Shown: positions 21,488 through 31,053, counted from the first letter of the stretch. The stretch: 32,000 nt of DNA from Psychrobacter cryohalolentis K5 (GCF_000013905.1 NC_007969.1:90001-122000), one strand, 5' to 3'. A program made the numbers and translations. The notes: generated by a model not told the origin, from the letters alone.

Positions 21488-22522
21488 ATGGAAATCATGA
21501 AACCTTGGCAATGGCTGCTGGTAATCTTTTTTTGGTCGCTTTTTTTAGCGATTGTCGATCGTCATAGCGTTGTCAATGAAACACAATTTGCCATAAAAAT
21601 GACAGCAAGATTTATCCAAACCACCTTAACACTACTGCCTTCCTTTTATCTCATTGACTATCTACGCCCTGTTTTTAAACGTATGCGTACATTGAAGGTG
21701 AGCTTATATGTTCTGTTTATCATCACTATCAGTGCCATTATCACGTTGATACTGGTTCTGTTATTGATGATCAATACAGGCGCCTTTACCTTTACTCTCA
21801 CTGCTTTTATTTCAACCGTTATCTTTAACACTTTAATTATTGCAGGATTTACCATTACAGGATTGCTGATCTTTTTACGTCGTTATCGTGAGATGACGGC
21901 GTTGAAGCAATCGTTTGAAAAAAAGCTTGCCGCACAAAATGATGTATTAAAAGCGCGTCTGGCACCGCATTTCTTTTTTAATACCATTAATACCTTGATG
22001 TCACTGATTGAGACCAATCCTTCTCGCGCTGCCGATTTATTACAACACGTTTCAGTATTATTTCGTGCCAGCTTTAATGGTGCGCGCGAGATCAGTTTTG
22101 CAGAAGAGGTGGCACTTTGTGAGCATTATTTGGCCATTGAGACGATTCGATTGGCAGACAAGTTGGTAGTAAGTTGGCAGCTGCCTGATGAAAATATCAT
22201 GTATGACATGGTCATCACCGCTTTAAGTTTACAGAGCGTGATTGAAAAAATGCTGCTGAATGTGGTTGAGAGGAGCACTGAGACTGTATATATCGATATT
22301 CATGTCACGTGGCTACAGCACCGTGTGGCAATCACCATTAACGTGCAATTACCTAAAAATAGTTTAATGATCCATCATGATTTGCGCCAGCATATGGATT
22401 TTCATATTCAAGCGCAGCGCTTACAAGCGTATTTTGGTCAGAGTGCAGATATCCAAAGTAGGGTGACAAGCAAACAGATTATGACCACTATCGATTATCC
22501 GCTACAGGACGTTAGCTTATAG
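21488..22522 (+). CDS. algZ: LytS-type sensor histidine kinase, AlgZ/FimS-like
   Basis: Several TM helices are followed by the His_kinase block LAPHFFFNTINTLMSLIE. The gene is divergent from argH and upstream of algR-hemC, as in Pseudomonas. The first in-frame ATG is 21488; the ORF-track start at 21371 is a TTG that overlaps argH. Confidence 0.75.
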   Translation: MEIMKPWQWLLVIFFWSLFLAIVDRHSVVNETQFAIKMTARFIQTTLTLLPSFYLIDYLRPVFKRMRTLKVSLYVLFIITISAIITLILVLLLMINTGAFTFTLTAFISTVIFNTLIIAGFTITGLLIFLRRYREMTALKQSFEKKLAAQNDVLKARLAPHFFFNTINTLMSLIETNPSRAADLLQHVSVLFRASFNGAREISFAEEVALCEHYLAIETIRLADKLVVSWQLPDENIMYDMVITALSLQSVIEKMLLNVVERSTETVYIDIHVTWLQHRVAITINVQLPKNSLMIHHDLRQHMDFHIQAQRLQAYFGQSADIQSRVTSKQIMTTIDYPLQDVSL

Positions 22523-22717
22523 CTTTTTTAACCGTGGCATATTTATTGCAGCATTTATTATATCGTACGAATAGTAGGGACAGATGATAAGTCTGATTAA
22601 GGTAAATCTATTATCAAAAACCATTATTTCCCTATACTAAATGATAGGTTATAAGTGCTAATATATTATTGATATTTTTAAATATATGTTCAAAGTATGC
22701 CCTTGAAAGGAGCTTGC

Positions 22718-23455
22718 ATGCGGATCGTAGTTTGTGATGATGAACCATTAGCTCGTGAACGTTTGGTTAGGATTGTTAAAGAGTCAGGTCATGAGGTGGT
22801 TGCCCAAGCAAAGACGGGTATCGAAGCCATTAGTGCCGTAAAATCTCAGCAGCCAGACATCATATTGCTAGATATTCGTATGCCTGAGATGGATGGCGTA
22901 CAGTGTGCGCAAGAGCTTGCTAAGCTGCAACATCCGCCCGCAATCATCTTTGTGACGGCCTATGATCATTATGCCATTGCCGCTCTAAAAGCCAATGCTA
23001 TTGGTTACTTGCTAAAGCCTGCCAATAAAGATGAGTTGCTCGAAGCCCTAGAAAAAGCCACCAATCTCAATGCGGCGCAGCTCAATGAGATTCGTAAACT
23101 TGAAAGTCCAACGTCTCGTCCAGTGCGCGAACATATTGCAGCGCGTACCCATCGCGGTGTTGAGCTGATAAAACTCAAAGACATCTACTATTTTACGGCA
23201 GATCAGAAGTACGTCAAAGTACGGCACAAGGATGGCATCGTGCTCATTGATGACACCTTAAAAGAGCTTGAGCAAGAGTTTGAAGACAAGCTGTTCCGGG
23301 TACATCGTAACGCTATCATCAATATCAAATATTTAGATTTTTTAGAGACTTTAGATGCCGGCCAATATCAGCTACATTTTAAAGGAATTGATGAGACTTT
23401 AGCAGTGAGCCGCCGCCATTTACCAGGGCTGCGCGAAAAGATTCAAAACATTTAA
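22718..23455 (+). CDS. algR: LytTR-family response regulator AlgR
   Basis: The receiver domain (MRIVVCDDEPLARERL...ILLDIRMPEMDG) is joined to a LytTR DNA-binding domain (YFTADQKYVKV...FRVHRNAIINIKYL). An AAGGAG SD lies at 22707-22712. Confidence 0.85.
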   Translation: MRIVVCDDEPLARERLVRIVKESGHEVVAQAKTGIEAISAVKSQQPDIILLDIRMPEMDGVQCAQELAKLQHPPAIIFVTAYDHYAIAALKANAIGYLLKPANKDELLEALEKATNLNAAQLNEIRKLESPTSRPVREHIAARTHRGVELIKLKDIYYFTADQKYVKVRHKDGIVLIDDTLKELEQEFEDKLFRVHRNAIINIKYLDFLETLDAGQYQLHFKGIDETLAVSRRHLPGLREKIQNI

Positions 23456-23501
23456 GCATGCCTCACTTTGTCTCCTAAAATAATCACGCCATATCATCAA
23501 A

Positions 23502-23535
23502 CCCTTATTTATGCTTAAATAGGGGTATTTTTTTT
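23502..23535 (+). terminator. rho-independent terminator between algR and hemC
   Basis: CCCTTATTTA-tgct-TAAATAGGGG forms a 10-bp stem with one G-U pair, followed by TATTTTTTTT. Confidence 0.65.
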
Positions 23536-23638
23536 GCATTATTATCGTTATAAACCATTTTTACGCCCCATCTTGGGCGAAAAACTCACATTATCGTCGA
23601 GCAATGACCGTTTAGTATTAAAATTATTGAGGCCTTTT

Positions 23639-24676
23639 ATGAGCACCATGCAGCAACCTGCTTTGACTACCTTAAATATCGCTACGCGCCAGAGCCCACT
23701 AGCATTATGGCAAGCTGAGCATATTCGTAATCGATTACTAGCTTTGTATCCTGAGATGACAATTAATCTGCTAAAAATCGTGACTAAAGGTGACAAAATT
23801 TTGGATACGCCACTGGCTAAAATTGGCGGCAAAGGTTTATTTGTTAAAGAGCTTGAGCAAGCACTGTATGACAAGCAAGCAGATATCGCGGTGCACTCAC
23901 TCAAAGACGTGCCCATGGATTTACCAGAAGGGTTGACGCTAGGCGTTTATTGCAAACGTGCTTCACCAACCGACGCTTTTGTATCGAATACTTATCATAG
24001 TATCGCTGAGTTGCCACAAGGGGCGGTAGTCGGTACTGCAAGTTTGCGTCGTCAGTGTCAAATCAAAGCTTATCGTCCCGATTTGCAAATTAAAACCCTA
24101 CGCGGCAATGTCGGCACGCGACTAAGCAAGTTAGATGCGGGCGAGTATGATGCGATTATTTTGGCGACTAGTGGTCTAAAGCGCATTGAGCTTGATGCAC
24201 GTATTCGTAGTGAGTTAGATATCAATATTTGCTTGCCAGCGGTTGGGCAAGGCGCGTTAGCAATTGAATGTCGTGAAGATGATGCCGACGTATTAAAATT
24301 ATTGGCACCACTTAATGACGACAAAGCTCGTATCCGCTTAATCGCTGAGCGCGCATTAAATCGTCATCTGCAGGGCGGTTGCCAAGTACCTATCGCCGCT
24401 TATGCTGTATTACAAAAGGCAGATGCATTGGCTGCTGATAATGATAGCAATGATAATGACAATGGTAACAACGATGCTGGCGATACCTTATGGCTGCGCG
24501 GTCGCGTTGGTCAAGAAGATGGTAGCGAGCTGCTTAAGGTGGACAAGCGCCAGACGTTAACAGGCAGTCAAGCTGAGCAAGAAGCCCAAGCAAACCAGTT
24601 GGGTATCGAAGTTGCTGAGATGTTATTGCAAGCTGGTGCTGGTGAGATTCTATCAGCGATCTATCATCCTGAATAA
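23639..24676 (+). CDS. hemC: hydroxymethylbilane synthase (porphobilinogen deaminase)
   Basis: The product has [33 protein letters not shown], and the cofactor Cys in [17 protein letters not shown] lies at 23629-23632. The ORF-track start at 23534 is a TTG located inside the algR terminator. Confidence 0.93.
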   Translation: MSTMQQPALTTLNIATRQSPLALWQAEHIRNRLLALYPEMTINLLKIVTKGDKILDTPLAKIGGKGLFVKELEQALYDKQADIAVHSLKDVPMDLPEGLTLGVYCKRASPTDAFVSNTYHSIAELPQGAVVGTASLRRQCQIKAYRPDLQIKTLRGNVGTRLSKLDAGEYDAIILATSGLKRIELDARIRSELDINICLPAVGQGALAIECREDDADVLKLLAPLNDDKARIRLIAERALNRHLQGGCQVPIAAYAVLQKADALAADNDSNDNDNGNNDAGDTLWLRGRVGQEDGSELLKVDKRQTLTGSQAEQEAQANQLGIEVAEMLLQAGAGEILSAIYHPE

Positions 24677-24788
24677 TAGCTAGTCTGTATAACACTGGAT
24701 CACCATTATCAACTCAGTCATAGAGTTATCATGGTTTAGATGACTCTATGATGGTGCTAACTCTATTTGCTTTTTTCACGGTATATTT

Positions 24789-25766
24789 ATGTCTTGGTCA
24801 TCATCTAAGTCCACGGATTCAAATCAACCAATTAATACGCCATTATTGCTGCCGCAACTTGTCATCAATACGCGCCCAGTCGAGCGTGCCGCCCCACTGA
24901 CGCGACATTTACAAGCGGCAGGTATGTCGGTTGTTGATATGCCGATGTTGACACTGCAACCGCGTTTGACCACTGATAGTGATATGATACTGATGCGCCA
25001 GTGGCTAGCAGGCGAGTATCAAGCATTGGTCATCGTTAGCCCGACAGCGGCAGCCTCAGGTTTGGCTATTTGGCAGTTGCTTGAGCGTGAGCACCAAGCT
25101 AATGGCGCGACTGATAAAGCAGTAGAGGCTATAGAAGGTAGCTCTAATATTTCAGTAGCGCCAAGCCATCTGATTGCGGTTGGTGAAGCGACTGCTGCTG
25201 TGTTAAATGAGGCAAAGTTATCAAACGCCAGTTATCAAGTACTGCAGCCTGTTATTGCTAATAATGAAGGTATGCTGGCGATGCCTGAGATTGATAGCCT
25301 GCAGGCGGGGGATAAGCTACTCGTGTGGCGAGGTCTTGGTGGACGACGATTATTGGTTGATACTTTGCAAGCGCGCGGTGTGCATATCGATAGCATTGCT
25401 TGGTACGAGCGCAAAATGCCTATTGATGCCATGATGCAGTATCAGCAATGGCTACAAGATTTCAATAATCGAAATGCGACCGTTGGCATAACCGCGTCAC
25501 AGCAAGGAAAACCCATTGTCATTGTAAGTAGTGGTACCGCATTTGAGCATTGGGAAAGTATCGTTCAGGCTGCCAAAACATTCGATGTAGCAGCAGAACA
25601 CCAAGTAATGTCAGTCAATGCGCCACTTAAACTATCAGACTTTTCTTATGTGGTATTGGGTGAGCGCTTAGCCAATATGGTTGCTGAGCAAAATTTAAGT
25701 TATTGGCGCGTAGAGGATTTGGCACCAGAAACCATTCTCACTGCTATTAAGACAACCAGTTTATAA
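24789..25766 (+). CDS. hemD: uroporphyrinogen-III synthase
   Basis: The assignment rests on its position after hemC, the N-terminal block LVINTRPVERAAPLTRHLQAAGMSVVDMPML, and the repeated-half architecture. At 325 aa it is about 70 aa longer than typical HemD because of insertions. Confidence 0.8.
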   Translation: MSWSSSKSTDSNQPINTPLLLPQLVINTRPVERAAPLTRHLQAAGMSVVDMPMLTLQPRLTTDSDMILMRQWLAGEYQALVIVSPTAAASGLAIWQLLEREHQANGATDKAVEAIEGSSNISVAPSHLIAVGEATAAVLNEAKLSNASYQVLQPVIANNEGMLAMPEIDSLQAGDKLLVWRGLGGRRLLVDTLQARGVHIDSIAWYERKMPIDAMMQYQQWLQDFNNRNATVGITASQQGKPIVIVSSGTAFEHWESIVQAAKTFDVAAEHQVMSVNAPLKLSDFSYVVLGERLANMVAEQNLSYWRVEDLAPETILTAIKTTSL

Positions 25767-25895
25767 TATTTAACATATAGTAAATTTGAGATAAAAAAGA
25801 GACGTTTAGCGTAACGTGCTACTACTCTAAAATTATTTAAACTACTTGCTCAACTGTTTACGCTTAACCTTATCAATCATGAACGGTGTGGCCTT

Positions 25896-26846
25896 ATGCC
25901 AATGAATTCTGAATCGTTATCGAAAGATCCTTCTGCTCTTCAGCAGCGCCGGCAAGCAAATATGTTCTTGTTGCGCTTACAATGGGTGGTTATTTTATTG
26001 TTGATAGGCGTCTTACTGTGGCTATATATCAGTCAGCAGCGTTTTCAGCATACGGTCAATGAGCGCTTGCAAAGTAATGAGCAAGTTGTCAGCCGTTTAA
26101 ATGAGATGGACGATCGCTTATTTGCGATGAGTCAACAAACGCTGCCAGCGACTAGTGCAGCAGTCAATAGCCAAGCTCAAAACCAGCTGGATTTATTACG
26201 TATCCAGATACAAGCTGCTGATAGGTTGCTGGCAGACAGTAATGGCAGTGCGGCGATTGATTTATTGCAAGGTCTACATTGGCAGCTTTCACAAAAAAGT
26301 AATGAGATTGCGCCCGCGCTAACGGTTGTTATTAAACAAAGCTTGGTTAAAGATATTGAGCGCTTGCAGGCGAGAAGTGCTCAACCAAGCTCTTGGCAGC
26401 TGCAAAACCTTGCGATTCAAAATATCCAAGATTTTTTATATCGCCATGAGCGTGCTGCTAATACTGAGCTCAACACTGCACTACAGAAAAACACAGCGAC
26501 GAGCCAATTTACTGACAATAGCCGTTTAACGCGTCGGCAGCTGACGATTCATGAAGCCATCATGACCTTAAATCTAGCCAGTCAGGCCAGCAATATGCAT
26601 GATCGTGATCAGTTAGTCATGTATTTAAATCAAGCACGTAAGCAGCTGCAAACGCTGATGCCTAAACAAGCAGAATCACAGGCTTCTATCGATAACAAGC
26701 AACAGTCAGACAAAAATGACTTGCCGACCAAATCCTCTCCTAAAAATATGACAGAAGTGATAGAAGGTTTGGATAGACTGATTGCGAATGCACCAAAAAC
26801 ATCGCCATTATTAACCTCACAGATTTTAAATAAGCCGCAACGTTAA
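25896..26846 (+). CDS. hemX: HemX-like membrane-anchored protein
   Basis: The protein has a single N-terminal TM helix (LQWVVILLLIGVLLWLYI) followed by a Q/L-rich helical region. It follows hemD, as in Pseudomonas and enterics. Confidence 0.6.
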   Translation: MPMNSESLSKDPSALQQRRQANMFLLRLQWVVILLLIGVLLWLYISQQRFQHTVNERLQSNEQVVSRLNEMDDRLFAMSQQTLPATSAAVNSQAQNQLDLLRIQIQAADRLLADSNGSAAIDLLQGLHWQLSQKSNEIAPALTVVIKQSLVKDIERLQARSAQPSSWQLQNLAIQNIQDFLYRHERAANTELNTALQKNTATSQFTDNSRLTRRQLTIHEAIMTLNLASQASNMHDRDQLVMYLNQARKQLQTLMPKQAESQASIDNKQQSDKNDLPTKSSPKNMTEVIEGLDRLIANAPKTSPLLTSQILNKPQR

Positions 26847-26865
26847 TGCACTACTGATTTATACG

Positions 26866-26897
26866 ATTGTTTTAAAGTGTTATTGTTTTAAAGTATT
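26866..26897 (+). repeat. 16-bp tandem direct duplication
   Basis: ATTGTTTTAAAGTgtt is followed directly by ATTGTTTTAAAGTatt. The 13-bp cores lie at 26866-26878 and 26882-26894. Confidence 0.6.
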
Positions 26898-26920
26898 ATA
26901 AAAATAAGAGACAGGCAGTT

Positions 26921-27406
26921 ATGGAACTTTTCAATCAAACATCTATCATTGATAATTTGGACAATCATTGTCCTGAAGAGCTAGCGCATTATCCTATTAT
27001 CCATCAGCAGCCGATTCATTGGGGTGAAATGGATGCCTTTAATCATCTAAATAATGTGGTGTACTATCGCTACGCTGAGTCAGCCCGTATTGGCTATTTG
27101 CAGGCGCTGGGCATGTTTGATGGCAATATGGTTACGGTATTGGCACAATCAAGCTGCCAGTATTTGCACCCAGTGATTTTTCCTGATATCTTGTTATTAG
27201 GCGTTCGTTGCCAGCGTTTGGGTACCACCAGCATAGTAATCGAGTACAGCTATTATAGTAAGGCACAAGCTGCCATCGTTGCGACCGCTGAGGCAGTGAT
27301 AGTGCGCTTAGAGAGCAATGGTCAAGATAAAAAGCCATGGACGAATGAGGAGCGTGAACGACTACTAGCTCTAGAAGCAACATTCGGTCATATCCCACAA
27401 CTCTAA
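26921..27406 (+). CDS. acyl-CoA thioesterase, 4HBT/YbgC-like hotdog fold
   Basis: The 161-aa product carries the block IHWGEMDAFNHLNNVVYYRYAESARIGYL, which is typical of 4HBT thioesterases. Confidence 0.75.
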   Translation: MELFNQTSIIDNLDNHCPEELAHYPIIHQQPIHWGEMDAFNHLNNVVYYRYAESARIGYLQALGMFDGNMVTVLAQSSCQYLHPVIFPDILLLGVRCQRLGTTSIVIEYSYYSKAQAAIVATAEAVIVRLESNGQDKKPWTNEERERLLALEATFGHIPQL

Positions 27407-27442
27407 GTATGATGCTTTGTGATTAAGCTTTGAGAAAATAAG

Positions 27443-27481
27443 AAAAAAGGCGCATCAATCTAAGCTGATGCGCCTTTTTTA
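27443..27481. terminator. bidirectional rho-independent terminator between the thioesterase (+) and ribB (-)
   Basis: AAAAAAGGCGCATCA-atctaagc-TGATGCGCCTTTTTT: a 9-bp perfect stem. Confidence 0.8.
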
Positions 27482-27511
27482 TTGATAATAAGTTTCTATT
27501 AATTAAGCCTA

Positions 27512-28624
27512 TTAATCTTGCTTTGGTGCATGGACAAAATCAACCACGTTCAAATCAAAACCTGATAAGGCATAAAACTTCATCGGTGAGGACAAGAGGC
27601 GCATATCACGTACCCCTAAATGACGCAAAATCTGTGCGCCAACACCAATACTGCGATATGGTTGCTGTGTGATGGTAGATAGAGCTTCATTCAATGCCGC
27701 CTTATCCAAAGCATCGCCCAAGTCAGTCGGCTCATGATTGCCAATCCAAACCAAGACACCACGCTCTGATGCACTGATCTCTTCTAATGCTGAGCGTACG
27801 CTCCAGCCGCTACGACCAGTGGTATCATTTTTGGCAGCAAACAAGTCACGTAATGGATGGAAACCATGGACGCGAACGGTGCTAATACCTTGGCTCACAT
27901 CGCCTTTAACCAAAGCTAAATGGGTTTCAGTCGCACCGAACTCACGGAAACGATGTAAGGTAAAAGTGCCATACTCGGTCTCAAACGGATGCGAGGCAAT
28001 CTCTTCGACGGTTTGCTCATTAGCAATACGGTAGTTAATCAAATCAGCAATCGTACCAATTTTTAAATCATGTTCCTTTGCAAATACTTCAAGATCATCA
28101 CGGCGTGCCATGGTGCCATCCGCATTGATAATCTCTACAATCACCGCTGCTGGCTCAAGTCCGGCAAGACGTGCCAAATCACAACCTGCTTCGGTATGTC
28201 CGGCACGATGTAAGACGCCACCATTCTGTGCCATGATTGGGAAAATATGCCCAGGCTGAACGATGTCTTCTGGTTTTGCAGAAGAGGAGACCGCTGCTTG
28301 AATGGTACGCGCGCGGTCAGCGGCTGAAATACCCGTAGTCACGCCTTCAGCCGCTTCAATAGAAACGGTAAAATTGGTACTAAATTTTGCTTCATTACGG
28401 TCAGACATGAGTGGCAGTGCCAACTGCTGGCAACGTGCTTGTGACAAGGTCAAACAGACCAAGCCACGTGCATGAGTAATCATAAAGTTGATATCTTCAG
28501 GGCGCACGTGGGTCGCTGCCATGATAATATCGCCTTCGTTTTCGCGGTCTTCATCATCCATCAAGATGACCATTTTACCTGCACGAATGTCTTCGATAAT
28601 CTCAGGAATCGTATTTAAACTCAT
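27512..28624 (-). CDS. ribB: 3,4-dihydroxy-2-butanone-4-phosphate synthase fused to a degenerate GTP cyclohydrolase II-like domain (RibBX type)
   Basis: The N-terminal DHBPS blocks are present (DDEDRENEGDIIMAA, HTEAGCDLARLAG). The C-terminal domain keeps GVGAQILRHLGV but lacks the Cys-rich zinc motif of RibA. The start is taken at ATG 28624 (MSLNTIPEII); the ORF-track start at 28636 is a TTG. Confidence 0.88.
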   Translation of the reverse strand: MSLNTIPEIIEDIRAGKMVILMDDEDRENEGDIIMAATHVRPEDINFMITHARGLVCLTLSQARCQQLALPLMSDRNEAKFSTNFTVSIEAAEGVTTGISAADRARTIQAAVSSSAKPEDIVQPGHIFPIMAQNGGVLHRAGHTEAGCDLARLAGLEPAAVIVEIINADGTMARRDDLEVFAKEHDLKIGTIADLINYRIANEQTVEEIASHPFETEYGTFTLHRFREFGATETHLALVKGDVSQGISTVRVHGFHPLRDLFAAKNDTTGRSGWSVRSALEEISASERGVLVWIGNHEPTDLGDALDKAALNEALSTITQQPYRSIGVGAQILRHLGVRDMRLLSSPMKFYALSGFDLNVVDFVHAPKQD

Positions 28625-28936
28625 AGTAGATCTCAATATTTTATTGTATAAATAGGTGTCAATATGGGATATAAAGTGTTATCTGCCTATTGTAGCAGTA
28701 GATGCGACAAAGCGCTGTTGCGGCTAAGCAAAACGCGCTGGATCAAACTGATTAACTGTAGACGTTATCTAATCATTGCTTATACATCATTATGAGGACA
28801 TTTTAACGCTTTTCATCCCACTATGCTGCCTCATCTCGAAACTATATAGGCCAGTCTGTCTAAAAACGTGATTAGTATCATCAAGGGTAATGACAATTGA
28901 TAGATCGCCGCACATAGTCAGCCGTATTGTAAATGG

Positions 28937-30226
28937 TTAGTCATTACTCGCCGCTTGGTCTTTCAGCCAATCGATAAACTGCTTGCTATGCTGCTCACGC
29001 TGATTGTCCGCAAATTCATAAAAGCGCGTACCGATTAAATTGTCTGGTAAGTAGCTTTGCGCATAATAATGATTAGGATAATCGTGAGGATAGACATAGT
29101 CCTGACCATAACCTTGATTACGCATCAGTTTGGTCACGCCATTACGTAGGTGTAGCGGCACAGGTGAGGCGTCTTTTTCTGCCAAGCTCATCGCAGCATT
29201 GATAGCGTTGTAAGTACTATTACTCTTGGCACTGGTTGCCAGATAGACCACCACTTGCCCCAAGATAATACGTGATTCTGGCATGCCGATGGATTGCACG
29301 CTGCGCAATGCCGCATCAGCTAGGAGTAGGGCATTAGGGTTGGCATTACCGATATCTTCACTGGCTAAAATGACCAAACGCCGCGCGATGAAGTCGGCAG
29401 GCTCACCGCCCACTAGCATACGCGCCATCCAATATAGTGCCGCGTCAGGATCTGAGCCGCGCACTGACTTTATCATGGCTGATACCATATCATAATGCTG
29501 CTCACCATCTTTATCATAGCGTACGAGTGCAGTCTGAGCGATACGAGCGACTAAGGTATCGTCGAGAATGATCGGTGATTGCTTGGTATCAGCCGTTTGA
29601 ATCGCCAGCTCTAATAAATTAAGGGCTTTTCGTGCATCACCATGTGCCAACTGGCTAATCGTATCTTGCGCCTGCAAATCGACCGATAGGTTTTTCAGTA
29701 TATTATCTTCTAAAAGCGCCCGCTGTAATACCGCACTGATTTGCTCAGGCGTCAATGGCTTTAGGCGATACACTTGGCAACGTGATAACAGCGCATTATT
29801 GACACTGAAAGAAGGATTTTCGGTGGTCGCGCCAATCAAGGTGATATCGCCAGACTCTACTGCACCAAGTAGCGCATCTTGCTGAGCTTTATTAAACCGA
29901 TGAATCTCATCAATAAAGACCACCGGCGACTCAAAACTCAATGAATCCTTACTGTCTAATACTTCACGCAACTGCTTAACCCCAGTATTTAAAGCAGATA
30001 GTGCATGGAAAGGTCGTTCAACGGCATCCGCCAAAAGCATAGCGATGGTTGTTTTGCCAATACCTGCTTCCCCATGCAAAATAATAGACGGTAGGTGTCC
30101 TTGCTCTACCAAGCGCCTTAGCGGAGCACCTACTGCTAACAAGTGCTCTTGACCAATAATGGCATCAAGCGTGGTCGGGCGCATACGCTGGGCGAGGGGT
30201 GTATCAGCATGAAAATTAGGTGGCAT
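28937..30226 (-). CDS. rarA: replication-associated recombination protein A (AAA+ ATPase)
   Basis: The product has RMRPTTLDAIIGQEHLL, Walker A GEAGIGKTT, Walker B VVFIDEIHRFNKAQQD, and the C-terminal MgsA block GYGQDYVYPHD. Confidence 0.93.
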   Translation of the reverse strand: MPPNFHADTPLAQRMRPTTLDAIIGQEHLLAVGAPLRRLVEQGHLPSIILHGEAGIGKTTIAMLLADAVERPFHALSALNTGVKQLREVLDSKDSLSFESPVVFIDEIHRFNKAQQDALLGAVESGDITLIGATTENPSFSVNNALLSRCQVYRLKPLTPEQISAVLQRALLEDNILKNLSVDLQAQDTISQLAHGDARKALNLLELAIQTADTKQSPIILDDTLVARIAQTALVRYDKDGEQHYDMVSAMIKSVRGSDPDAALYWMARMLVGGEPADFIARRLVILASEDIGNANPNALLLADAALRSVQSIGMPESRIILGQVVVYLATSAKSNSTYNAINAAMSLAEKDASPVPLHLRNGVTKLMRNQGYGQDYVYPHDYPNHYYAQSYLPDNLIGTRFYEFADNQREQHSKQFIDWLKDQAASND

Positions 30227-30555
30227 AAAATTCTCTATATCTTCTGTTATTCAAGGCTTTTTATTGTAAGATTAAACAGTTATCCATAGTATTCAAAGTC
30301 AAATTACTATTTTTGATATTTGTCTTTATAATGCTGTCCTTATTGCGATTAAGCAATAAGTCATAAATAAGGTAATCATCCATGATGTCTTTAACATTAT
30401 TATAAAAGCTAGGCTAACGCAGATTCACGTTAATAAAAGTCAGCTAAATGTACAGCTTATGTCTTTAACGCTTTATTTATATCTATATTATCCCTATTAA
30501 GGTGTTAACTAAATTTACGAAAATGATAGATCACAGATAAAGGATTATAGTAGTC

Positions 30556-31053
30556 ATGTTGCAGTCGATTTTTAAGCGTCTATTAAATCGTAGTTCAGCA
30601 TCTGCTAACTTAGTAACTGCTAAACAACAAGCGCGGTCTCTCACTGAAGGTGAAATTAATCTTGCACGTTCGGTTTTTGGTGACAGCCTCAGACTTGATG
30701 ACGTTCAGCTGAAAACAGCATGGTGGGTACTCAAACATTACGCTGTGAGTCCTAATGGTCATATTTATTTTCATGCATCAGATTGGATAGATGATTTTAG
30801 CCAAGCGCCATTGGGCAAACAAGGTTGGCTGATACATGAGTTGACACATGTGTGGCAGCTGCAACAAGGCTTGAAGGTGGTACGCGGTGCTATTATCGAT
30901 CGTCGCTATAATTATGTACTAGAGATGGGTAAGCCTTTTCTTAAATATGGTATCGAGCAGCAGGCACGCATGGTACAAGACTATTTTGTCCGTCGTCAGC
31001 GCGGACAATACTGTCAAGATCTTGCAGGCTGCATTCCATTTTTAGTGGTTTAA
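30556..31053 (+). CDS. small stand-alone HExxH zincin-like protein (DUF4157-like)
   Basis: The segment LARSVFGDSLRLDDVQL...SPNGHIYFHASDW...GWLIHELTHVWQLQQG fits the pattern I recall for DUF4157 (fGxd...Vrvh...a.t.g..I.f......LLaHELtHVvQq). Confidence 0.5.
   Translation: MLQSIFKRLLNRSSASANLVTAKQQARSLTEGEINLARSVFGDSLRLDDVQLKTAWWVLKHYAVSPNGHIYFHASDWIDDFSQAPLGKQGWLIHELTHVWQLQQGLKVVRGAIIDRRYNYVLEMGKPFLKYGIEQQARMVQDYFVRRQRGQYCQDLAGCIPFLVV

Noticed and set aside
24718-24751. 9-bp hairpin (TCATAGAGT / ACTCTATGA) between hemC and hemD as a terminator
   Set aside because: The T-run (24771-24776) is about 20 nt away from the stem rather than adjacent, so it is not a convincing intrinsic terminator. 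At most it might be an attenuating structure.
28625-28936. Possible FMN riboswitch upstream of ribB
   Set aside because: I read the 300-bp leader on the minus strand. None of the conserved RFN core segments (for example GGGCAGGGTGAAATTCCC or GGATGGGAGAAG-like blocks) is present.
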